Positions 6,956 to 16,955 of a DNA stretch of 32,000 nucleotides are shown piece after piece. The stretch lies in NCBI RefSeq assembly GCF_001272835.1, contig NZ_CP010546.1, forward strand, positions 602,809-634,808, written 5' to 3'. The position numbers and the translations under genes are program-made. This stretch comes from Mycoplasmoides pneumoniae FH. GTDB taxonomy: Bacteria; Bacillota_I; Bacilli_A; Mycoplasmatales; Mycoplasmoidaceae. The notes below the pieces were generated by a model. It was not told where the DNA came from and searched no databases. It saw nothing but the letters and a program-made list of their open reading frames with translations. Positions within the stretch are counted from its first letter, which is position 1. The number at the start of each line of letters is the position of its first letter.

Positions 6956-9337
6956 ATGAAATTTAAGTATGGTGCCATCTTTTTTAGTGGCTTTCTAGGT
7001 CTTTCTGCCATTTTGGCTGCCTGTGGTACAAAGGGTAAATTTGATCAAGTTGATGATGGCAAGATTAAATTGGCTTCCTCTTTAACTTCTAAAAGTGCAT
7101 CAAAAGCCTTACAAGCAATTGTTAAAAAATATAACGAAGTTAAAAAACCTGGTGATTACCCTATTGAAATTACCCAAATCGCTGGTGGTTATGATGGCGG
7201 TCGTAGCGATTTACAAACCCGAGTCAACGTTAAAGACACCACTAACTTTTACAACTTAATCTTAAACTACCCTGATCTAGTTTCAACTTTAGGTCGTGTT
7301 GGTATGGAACTGCCGTTTGACAATGTAAAGGTTGACAAACTATCACCCCGTTTTTTAGATTTCAACAACCGCATTAGTGCAATTTCTAAACCAGGAATTT
7401 ACGGTATTCCGGTTTCTTTATCCACCGAAGTTTTATCGATCAACGGACCGGTGTTGCACTATATTTTGAACAACGCTAAAAAGAAAGAAGGTACTTTAAA
7501 CCAAAAAATGACAAGTTCTTCTGAAGGAAAAAACAGCAGTGGCACTTTAACAGTAGCAACTGATACTGAAACAAGTAGTTTATGGAAAAAGATAGAAGAT
7601 TCTGCAAAAGCTAACGGTAAAAGCGATGAAAAAGGAAAAGGTAAGAAGAAAGATAATAAAAGTGCAACTTTTTCGCTTGTACAACTAAAACAAACTCAAG
7701 AAAAAACAGATGATTCCCAAGACACTAAAAATAGTGATGATCAAGTTAAAAAATCTTGAGGCGAATACCAAGAAGTAGATGGTGTTCTTAAAAATTTTGA
7801 ATTTAAAGCGAGCATCTTCGAAAATTGACATGACTTACTTGATTTTTCTACTAGAGTAGCTAAATCTTTTAAGAAGATACACGAAAATAGCAACAAAAAA
7901 GGTAATGACATTCAGGGCATACTTGGAGTCGACAGTACGCCCAACTCATTGTTTACCTCTGTTTTTGCAGCTGGCGGCGGGGATTACAATAATTTCTTTT
8001 ACAAGATTGAAAATGGTCGCGCTGACTTTAGTAACTTTAAGAATAAAGGGACTTCTTACCAAAATCTTCAAAAAGTATTTGGTGATTTCAAAGGCTTAAT
8101 TGACAAAAATGGTATCTTTGTGAATAAGGGTGGATCTTACTCATCAAACTTCCAAAAGTTCCACCAATTAGCTTACAGCATTTCCTCTACTTCCGGTTTC
8201 TTCTATTCGTTTGCCGGTAAAAGTGCAAAGCGTTTAAATTTTGGTGATAGCTTTATTGAGTATCCGCGGTTTACTCAAGAAATTAAAGCACCATCAAAAA
8301 ATGGAGAAAATGGCCAAACAAATGAAGGAAATAGTACCAATGGCGAACAAAATCTCTTAGGAACTTTCGAAGTCAAGGATGACAGTAAGCCTAAAGAAGA
8401 AGTTAAAAGTAATAAAAATAGTGGTAAAGAAAGTAGCCAAAATCAGGGTAAAAAATCTAACAATAACAAGACTATTTACCTTTATGAAACAAAAATTCCA
8501 GATGGAAAAACTGCAGGTGATAATGCTATCTTAATCAAAGATAAGAACGTTATCGAAAAGCTTAAAAGTGCAGCTAAAGAAGAAAATAAAGAACAAACTG
8601 CTGAAGCAACTAAAGCTGCAATTACAAGTAATAAAGCAAAAAGCACTAAAAAAGAAAGCAGTAAAGTTATCGGTTACACCACAACTGATAGTGTTCGCGA
8701 AGATGGCAAAAACATTTTCGCAATAGATAGAGTTAATGGTGAAAACTATGACCGTAAGATTATTGTAGGTGCTAAAGCAGAAACTTTAAACCAATCTAGC
8801 ACCTTACAAAGTGAAGAAGCGATTGTTTTGCCTGCCCCTGGAAAGTATCTAAATGGTGATCCCAAGAAAGTGACAATTACCCAAGGACCTAACATCATTG
8901 GCATTCATGCTAACGAAAAGGAAAATGCAGAAACGCAAAAGTTCGTAGATTGATTCTTAAACAGTCCGCAAACTTGAGAAAAACAAAGTAGAGATAAGAA
9001 AGGATCAAGCGAAAAACAAACTGCTGCTGAGTTCTTTGCGGAATCCGCTTCTTACATTCTGCCCTTAAAAGAAATCTTTGACAAAAACGATACAAAAACA
9101 GAAAAAGGTAAGAACAGTAAAACGCAACAGAGAACTAATACCTATGCTGAAAAAGCTTTGGAACTCTTCAAACAAATTAGTCAAAATCAAATAGTAAGCT
9201 ACAGTGATCCAAGTGACTTTAGGAGTGGAAAATTCCGTGATGCAATTGGTGCTACTTTCAATGCTGCAGTTAGTTCCAAAGCAGACTTCAATAAATTCGT
9301 CCAAAACTTTACCGCTACATTAGGTAGTGACATTTAA
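6956..9337 (+). CDS. Large lipoprotein (793 aa) with ends resembling an ABC-transporter solute-binding protein and Lys/Ser/Asn/Glu-rich low-complexity inserts
   Basis: Track ORFs 6950..7759 and 7949..8953 plus the 3' extension to TAA at 9335-9337 share one frame. I checked 7760-7948 and 8954-9337 codon by codon and found only TGA interruptions. The signal peptide [24 protein letters not shown] has a lipobox. An in-frame GTG at 6950 is an alternative start. The N-terminal ...[19 protein letters not shown]...[15 protein letters not shown] and the C-terminal ...[21 protein letters not shown]...[16 protein letters not shown] resemble family-1 extracellular solute-binding proteins. Confidence 0.8.
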
Positions 9338-9456
9338 TTCAAAAGCAGTTTTTCAAAATTCTTGATTTACCTTTAAAAGTATCAGCAACACAATAAAATT
9401 AACTGTTTGCAAGAGCTCTTTTAAAGCCTTTTAAAAGAAATTAAACTTTTATTGTT

Positions 9457-10548
9457 GTGCAAATTAGGACTTACAAAATCAAAGATATTTGCGACATTCA
9501 ACGTGGTCGTGGTATCACTAAGGAATACATTAAAAATAACTCTGGAAAATATCCTGTTTATTCTGCCGCTACTACCAATAACGGTGAGTTAGGTTTTATT
9601 AATACTTACGATTTTGCTGGTGAATATGTTACCTGAACCACTAACGGCTATGCTGGCGTTGTTTTCTATCGTAATGGCAAATTTAGTGCATCACAAGACT
9701 GTGGTGTTTTAAAAGTAAGAAACAAGGAAATTAACGCTCAATTTTTAGCTTTTGCTTTAAGTTTAAAAACACCTCAATTTGTCCATAATTTGGGATCAAG
9801 ACCTAAATTAAACCGAAATGTGGTAGCTGAAATCTCCTTAGATTTTCCACCTCTAGAAGTTCAAGAAAAAATTGCTCATTTTCTCAAATCTTTTAATGAA
9901 TTAAGCAGCCAGTTAAAAGCTGAATTAATTAAACGACAAAAGCAATACGCATTTTACAGTGATTATCTACTCAATCCTAAACATTCACAAGGTGAAGAAT
10001 ACAAACTCTTTAAACTCAAAGATATAGCTAAAAAGATTTTAGTTGGCGGTGAAAAGCCAAGTGATTTCCAAAAAGAAAAGGATCAAGTTTATAAATACCC
10101 TATTCTTTCTAATAGTCGCAAAGCAGACGATTTTTTAGGCTACAGCAAAACGTTTAGAATTGCTGAAAAATCAATTACAGTTAGTGCAAGAGGCACAATT
10201 GGTGCTGTTTTTTACCGTGATTTTTCCTACTTACCCGCTGTTAGTCTAATTTGCTTTATTCCTAAGCCAGAATTTAATATTAAGTTTTTGTTTCATGCTT
10301 TAAAAGCGACTAAATTCCACAAACAAGGTTCTGGCACAGGACAGTTAACCATGGCACAGTTTAAAGAATATCAGGTTTATATTCCATCTTTAAAAAAACA
10401 ACAAGAAATTGCTGCCACTTTGGATCCACTTTACTATATCTTTGCAAATTCTAATTGAGGAATATACAAAGAAATAGAATTGCGCAAAAAGCAAATGCAA
10501 TACTATCAAGAACGTTTGTTTCAGTGAATAGAAAACCAAAAAGTTTAA
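9457..10548 (+). CDS. hsdS: Type I restriction-modification specificity subunit HsdS (363 aa under table 4), with no adjacent hsdM or hsdR
   Basis: The frame of track ORF 9790..10458 extends upstream through TGA 9634-9636 to GTG 9457 (a TAA stop lies at 9442-9444) and downstream through two TGA codons to TAA 10546-10548. Two target-recognition half-domains begin YKIKDICDIQRGRGITKEY and FKLKDIAKKILVGGEKP. Each is followed by a conserved helical spacer, PPLEVQEKIAHFLKSFNELSSQLKAELIKRQKQYAFY and PSLKKQQEIAATLDPLYYI...ELRKKQMQYYQERLF. The start codon is uncertain. Confidence 0.85.
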
Positions 10549-10575
10549 TTACTAGTTAATTTTATCCGTTTAGAT

Positions 10576-12486
10576 TTAAGCGCTTAAAAGAACAAAGTGT
10601 AAATAGCTGGCTAGATCAACTACCGGTGGTTTGGTAGCTCCGGTGACTAGTTCTAAATCATGCAAGTTTTGTCCTCTCAATAAATTCATAAAGTTTGGAT
10701 CGGCAAATGAAATCTGTTCTTTGACATACAATGTAAATAACAATTCATCCTTGTCATTAAACTGGAAGAGAGAACCAGGATAGTCTTTTTTAGCAACGGT
10801 GTAAACTGGAATTGATCCATCAACAATGAACTTTAAGTTCATTTCACCACTTCAAGAGCTTGGGAATTTAGTAAATAAAGCTGCAAAAGCATAGAAACCA
10901 TACAATTGGTAACCACCGGTATATTTAATGTCCACTTCAAATCGATAATTAAAGGGATTAGCTTTATCTTGTTTTATTCCAACACCATCTATTCAATTAA
11001 TGGTTGGACTTTCAATTTTATTTTGAACTTTTAATTCCTTAATCTTTAGATTGATGTTGGATTTGCTAGTAAGTTCACCGCGCAATCAATCGGACATGTA
11101 AATTCCATTTAAACCATCTTTAGGGAATTGGATTCCTTGACTACCAAAGGCCTTTTGCTTCGCATCGTTATTTTCTTTTTTAGCGTTGTAATACCAATCA
11201 ATGGCAGTTCGAAATCCAGCAATTAAGAAACTGAAAGTTCTGTTTCTATCTGCTTCCAAGGAGATTTTTAAAGCCTCTGCTAACTGTTTTTTATCAGTGA
11301 CATCTTTGTTCTTCTTACTTCAATATTGTTTGAATTCTGATGCAGCTGTTAGAGATTTGTTAAAAGCTTCTCTTTCTGCTTCGAGTTTTTTAACTTCCTC
11401 TGCTTTTGCTTTGGCCTCTGCTTCTTGAAGTTTACGCTCCTCTTCTAGTTTCCTTAACTTTTCAACGTGCTCAGCATGTGCTTTTTCTCTTTCTTGCTTG
11501 AAAGGATTGAGTACTTTTTCCCTAAATTTAGTTGCAACATCTGTTTGGTTATTTATTTCAATAACTGATTCTGTCAGGTTAACTTTAGTATCAAATAAAG
11601 AATCACCTAAAGCAGTTTGAGCAAGTGTAGTTAAATCATTTGTGCCGTTTGAAATTAGCTTATGCACTGATGGTTTTCAAAACAGTTGGGTATTTAAATC
11701 TTTACCAGATTGTCAGAAACTGTCTTGTAAATCTGTTAGATTGGCAAAATTAGTAGTGGATGCGTTGAGTGCAAACTGTAAATCTATCGTGCTACCATCA
11801 CCTTCATAAATAGTTGCAAAATCCATTTGGATGGAAAAACTATAACAAACTTTGCCCTGAATGACTATGTCGTTTTTTCGCTCTAAATTTAAATCAAAGT
11901 TTTTGAGTGCAATCGACTTAAGGTTATATTGATCGAATAATGCAGCAATATTGTCAGCAATCTTTAAACCCTTTGGATGTAATTGCGGAAAGAAACCATC
12001 ACCAAGTAAACCAAAAAGCTTTTGTGACACTTTAGGAATTTTAGTGCTGTCGGAAACAGGAAACACAGCATTAGCTGCATTTATTTCTGCTTGAAGTTGA
12101 TTCATTAAATTAACCGTGTTTTGCACACTTTGTTTAAAACCACTAAGAAGGTTATAAACATCAATTAAACCTAATGTTTTTGGACTTAAAGCTTGTTTGA
12201 CAAAGTCCTTTTCAAATTGTTCAAAGTTGTGCTTTCAATCCTTATTTTTCGCTATTACAGCTAACTCTTCCTCACTAAAAGTAGATGCGTTAGCAAGATT
12301 GACCAAGTAGCTGTCATTATGGGCTCTAGCTAAACTTTTATTGTGTAGTGCTAAAGTATTAATGTCAGCACTAGAACCTTTTTGAGTTAATGTAGGAAAT
12401 AAAAATGCGCCTAAAGTTACAGTAGTGGTACAAAAAGCCAGCAAAAACGCTTTTGTTTTGAAGCGAATTTTTTTAGTTGCTTTCAA
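10576..12486 (-). CDS. Paralog A of a four-member tandem family (636 aa, intact): N-terminal signal or anchor, central Glu/Lys/Arg coiled coil, conserved C-terminal domain
   Basis: Track ORFs 12235..12486, 11713..12126, 11320..11667 and 10576..10842 share a frame. I translated all gaps (12127-12234, 11668-11712, 10843-11319) and found only TGA codons. The start is TTG. Conserved family motifs are IDVYNLLSGF, FFPQLHPKGL, DWYYNAKK, DYPGSLFQF and PPVVDLASYLHF. It may belong to the mycoplasma MG032/MG096/MG288-type family, but that is from memory and unverified. Confidence 0.85.
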
Positions 12487-12604
12487 TTTAGTTGAGAAAT
12501 AAGCTAACTAAATTACTTATTAAACTAACGAAATCAATTAAGAATTAACTTTCAACCACAACAAAGTACTACAACAAACAGGGAAAATGTAATTTGTACG
12601 TAGT

Positions 12605-12610
12605 ATTTTA
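12605..12610 (-). promoter_or_regulatory. Candidate -10 box (TAAAAT on the minus strand) for paralog A
   Basis: The hexamer occupies the conserved position in an upstream block shared by all four paralogs. Only T2 follows it on the plus strand. Confidence 0.3.
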
Positions 12611-12652
12611 GTTCTTTCTTGTGAAATATTGCAAAAGTTAGCTAAATCGAAA

Positions 12653-14590
12653 TTAGCTCTTATCCGCTAAAATGAGAAAGTGGAGGTAGCTCGCTAAGTC
12701 TACTACTGGCACTTTAATGTCACCACCTCAAGGCTCTAATACATCGAGCTGTTGTTTCTTCAATAATCCTTTAAAGCGTTGATCCTGTACATTAATCCAC
12801 TGAGTAATGTGTAGAGTAAATAACAGCTTGTCATCCCTAAACTGGAATAAGGTTCCAGGATAGTCCTTTTTGGAAGTAATTCAATCTGCTAATTGTCCGT
12901 CAACATTGAGCACTAATTCCATTTCACCCTTCCATTCTGGAGGAATTCCACCAAGTCCTCAATTTGCTAAAGTTCAGTAAATACCTTTAAGTCCATAATC
13001 ACCGGTGTATTTCATTCTGATTTGGAAAGCATATTTAAACGGATAGGTTTGTCTAAACTCAATACCGTTCTTGGCTTCATTTCAGAAAATTTGTTTTGGT
13101 ACACCCCAACCATTAATGTCATTGTGAATATCTTTTGTAGTTACCGATTGCAGGTTCAACTTTAAGTTAGCTCTGTGTTTTAGCTCTCAGCGTAACCAGT
13201 TAGGGATAAAGATTCCATCAACACCTAGTTTTGGTAATTCAATGCCAACATCACCAAAGGCTTTTTTCTTGGAATCTTGATCATCCTTTTTGGCGTTGTA
13301 GTACCAATCAACAGCATTTCTAAAAGCATCGGTAAGGAAAATAAAAGTTCTGTTTCTATCAGTCTTAAAGGCCAGTTTAAGTACTTCAATAAGTTGCGAT
13401 TTAATTTCAACGTTTTTACCTTTTCCTTTTCAGTAATCTTTAAAACTTTTAACGTTATTGAATGAACTAAGAAAGCGTGTTTTTTCCCTAATTAACTCTT
13501 GAACTTTCTTTTCTTTACCTTTAAGTTCTTCTTCAAGCTGTTTACGTTCACGTTCTAAACGCGCTTGTTCTTCATCATGAATGCGTTTTGCTTCCTTACG
13601 TTGTTCAATGAATGGATTGAGGATGCGTTCCTCAAACGATTTGCGAGCTTTAGTTAAAACCGTTCCATCAATTACTGAATCAGTTAAGTTAACCTTAAGA
13701 TCAAACAGGTTTTCACCAATCGCTGTTCTTGCAATTGTGGTTAAGTCATTGCCCTCATCAGTAATTAATTTATCTATTACTGGTTTTCAGAACAATTGGG
13801 TTGAGAGTGTTTGACCACTATTAGTAAAACTTTCACGTAATTCCTCTAAAGAGCTAAAGTTATTCGTTTGAGCTTGCAGAGCAAAATCAAGGTCAATTTT
13901 GGTATTTTTGCCAACATAAACGGTATGAAATTTCATTTCGATGGCAAAACTATAGCGCACCTTGTTCTTTAAAACAATGTCGTTTTGTTTGAGCAACTGC
14001 AAGTTAAACGCTTTTAACTTAATTGAATTTAAGTTGTAGTCATTAAACAAAGAAGCAACCGTATCACTAATATTTAAACCACGTGGTGTTAATCTTGGGA
14101 AGTAATCTTCACCAAAAAAACTAAAGAAACCTTCTGGTACTTTAGGGATCGTGTTTTTGTCCTCTACGGGAAAAATCTCGTTAGCCGTATCCGCCCGTTT
14201 TTGTAAGTTGTTTGCTAAATTTACTAAAGCTTGGGCTTTTTGTTGAAACCCACTAAAGAGGTTATAAACATCAATGAGAGTAAAAGCTTGGGGATCAATA
14301 AGTTGGTCAGCAAACTTATTTTGGAACTCGCTAAAGTTTTGTTCTCAATCAGTGCGACTTGTAATCGTTTCGAACTCGGTTTGACTAAAAGACGAGTTGC
14401 GCTGCAATAAGTAACTCTTGTTGTGTCGCTTATCAAAGCTACTGCTATTTAAATTAACAGCATGTGGATCATTAGCTGAACCGTTCTGTGATAAGGTGGG
14501 TACTAGAAAAACGCTAAAAGTTAGCGTTGCTGAAAATAAAGACAGCAAAAACGCTTGCGTCTTGAAGTGAAAGTTTTTCGAAGATTTCAA
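12653..14590 (-). CDS. Paralog B (645 aa, intact)
   Basis: A single frame runs from TTG 14590 to TAA 12653-12655. I translated 14344-14051 and 13786-12653 codon by codon and found only TGA interruptions. Motifs are the same as in A. It is closest to paralog C. Confidence 0.85.
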
Positions 14591-14686
14591 AGATTCTTGT
14601 CAGTGTGACTAAAAGAAATAAATTAACTTACAGGTTACGAAATGCAGACAAAATAAAAGAAGCAACGGAAAATTTAAATTCAGAAA

Positions 14687-14692
14687 ATTCTA
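14687..14692 (-). promoter_or_regulatory. Candidate -10 box (TAGAAT on the minus strand) for paralog B, directly abutting the homopolymer
   Basis: The minus strand reads A16-C-TAGAAT-tttctgaatttaaattttcc. The same TAnAAT position is conserved upstream of paralogs A, C and D. Confidence 0.35.
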
Positions 14693-14693
14693 G

Positions 14694-14709
14694 TTTTTTT
14701 TTTTTTTTT
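14694..14709. repeat. Homopolymer T16 (A16 on the gene strand), immediately upstream of the candidate -10 box of paralog B
   Basis: Counted directly: 7 T at 14694-14700 plus 9 T at 14701-14709. The homologous position has T6 for paralog C (16870-16875), T5 for D (18960-18964) and T2 for A (12612-12613). Confidence 0.95.
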
Positions 14710-14843
14710 AGTTTGAACTCAAAACGGGTTGGTGAAAGAAACTGCAATAAGCTGTTGTAAATAACTTTAACTAAGTTAAAAACTGTTTCAAACTAACCAA
14801 GCTTACTTTTAGTGTGCCTTATTGGAAATTAATGTTGGCTTAA

Positions 14844-16776
14844 TTATTTATCTGCCAAAATTAAGAAGTGGAGGTAGCTCGCTAAATCCACAACTGGTAC
14901 TTTAATTTCACCACCTCAAGGTTCAATCACATCCAATTGCTGTTTCTTTAGCAGGTTCATGAAACGTTGATCCTTAACGGTAATACGTTGCACTACGTGT
15001 AGGGTAAACAACAGTTTGTCATTTTGAAATTGGAATAACGAACCAGGGTAATCTTGCTTTTGGGTAATCCAGTTAGCTAGCTTACCATCAATTTGGAACT
15101 TCAATTCCATGTCACCACTCCATTCTGGCGGAATGCCACCAAGACCCCAGTTAGCCAAAGTTCAGTAAATCCCTTTTAACCCATAGCTACCTTTGTAATT
15201 CATGGTTATTTCAAAACCATAAGTTCAAGGAGTGGTTGCTCTGTAATTAATGCCGTTGTTGTGGTCGTTCCAATTAATCGAAACAGGCACACCTCAACCA
15301 TAAACCTCAAAGTTGTTTTCCCTTACTTTGACATTTTGTAATTGAAGTTGAATATTAGCTCTGTTGATTAATTCCCAACGTAACCAGTTAGGCATAAAGA
15401 TGCCGTTAAGACCTGATTGAGCAAAGGAAATGCCGCCGCTACCAAATGCTGTACGTTTTGCTTCTTCATCGTGTTTTTTATCGTTGTAATACCAATTAAT
15501 AGCATTCCTAAAGGCATTGGTTAACAGTTCGAAAGTAGGGTTCTGCTTGGCTTGGAAGGAAAGCTTTAAGGCTTCGATTAGTTGCTTCTTGTCTGCTACA
15601 TTTTTACTGCGCTTAGCTCAGAACTCCTTAAAACTCTTAACGTCTCTAGTAGATTGGTAAAAGGCTCAATGTTCTTCACGAATACGACGAGCTTCATCTT
15701 CCTTGGCTTTCAATTCAGCTGCAATCCGTTTTCGTTCCGCCTCTAAGCGTCTTGCTTCTTCATCATGAATGCGCTTAGCTTCAACTCGTTCAGCGTGGAA
15801 CGGATCTAAGATCTTGTCCTCAAATGATTTTTGCGCTTGCTGTAAAACGCTTTGATCAATTATTGAATCAGTTAAGTTAACCTTGAGGTTAAACAAACTT
15901 TCACCAATTGCTGTTTTAGCAATGTTGGTAAGATCATTGCCACCATCTGTGGTTAATTGTTCTACCACTGGCTTTCAGAATAGATGGGTTGAAAGAGTGT
16001 TGCCATTGTTTTCAAAACTATCACGTAGTTCTTGTAAGCTAGTGAAGTTTATTGTTTGGGCTTGTAAACTAAACTTTAAAATAGTGGTGTTCTTTCCAGC
16101 GTAAACCGTGTCAAAGCCCATTTGAAGAGCGAAGTTGTAACGCACCTTATTCTTTAAAACAATGTCGTTTTGGCGCAACAGTTTTAGGTTAAAACCAGTA
16201 AAGTCAATTGAATTTAAGTTGTAGTCATTAAACAAGGAAGCCACATTATCGGCAATGTTCAAACCACGGGGAGTTAACCGCGGAAAGTAATCTTCCTGAA
16301 AGAAACTAAAGAAGTTTTCCGGCACTTTAGGGACAGTAAGCATTGTCCTCTACGGGAAAGATTTCGTTTGCCGCATTAACTCGTTTTTGCAAGTCATTGG
16401 CTACATTAACTAAACTGCGTGCTGTTTGTTCAAAACCACTAAAGAGGTTGTAAACATCTGTAAGTGTAAAATGCTCTGGGTCAATTGCTCGTTGGGCAAA
16501 CCGTTTTTGGAATTCACCAAAGTTTTGCGCTCAGTTAGTTTGCTTGGAAAGGTTTTCATACTCAGCGTTACTTAAAGCAGTTTTGCGCTTCAATAAGAAT
16601 TTCTTACTGTTATGCTTTTCAAAGCTACTGCTGTTTAAACTTACAGTTTGTGGATCAGTAGCTGAGCCATTTTGGGAAAAAGTGGGTACCACAAAAACAC
16701 TAAAAGTTAGTGTTGCTGAAAGGAGCGAAAGCAAAAATGATTGCGTCTTGAAGTGGAAACTTTTAGTTGGTTTCAA
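14844..16776 (-). pseudogene. Paralog C, split by a 1-nt frameshift into a 149-aa N-terminal ORF (16327..16776) and a 499-aa C-terminal ORF (14844..16343)
   Basis: The N-terminal frame from TTG 16776 runs into TAA at 16327-16329 (...FPVEDNAYCP*). The rest of the family sequence continues in another frame from ATG 16343 (MLTVPKVPENFFSFFQEDYFPRLTPRG...). Paralog B has 10 nt (tcgtgttttt) where C has 11 nt (cagtaagcatt) between the conserved tttaggga and gtcctctacggg. Both C fragments are otherwise free of non-TGA stops; I checked 16530-16327 and 15665-15159. Confidence 0.85.
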
Positions 16777-16862
16777 TGTAAAGGTGTCAGTGTGACAGAA
16801 AAAGATTGGTTTACTTTTAAAAAGTGAAAACTAAGACGACAGGGAAAATTTAAATTTAATAA

Positions 16863-16868
16863 ATTTTA
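16863..16868 (-). promoter_or_regulatory. Candidate -10 box (TAAAAT on the minus strand) for paralog C
   Basis: It occupies the conserved position in the shared upstream block gggaaaatttaaattt..aaattttag-T6. Confidence 0.3.
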
Positions 16869-16955
16869 GTTTTTTCACCGAACAAAAAACGGTTTCATCG
16901 GAAAATGAAGCATAAACGGCTCAAACAACTTTAAGAATGTTTAATGATGCCTTGA

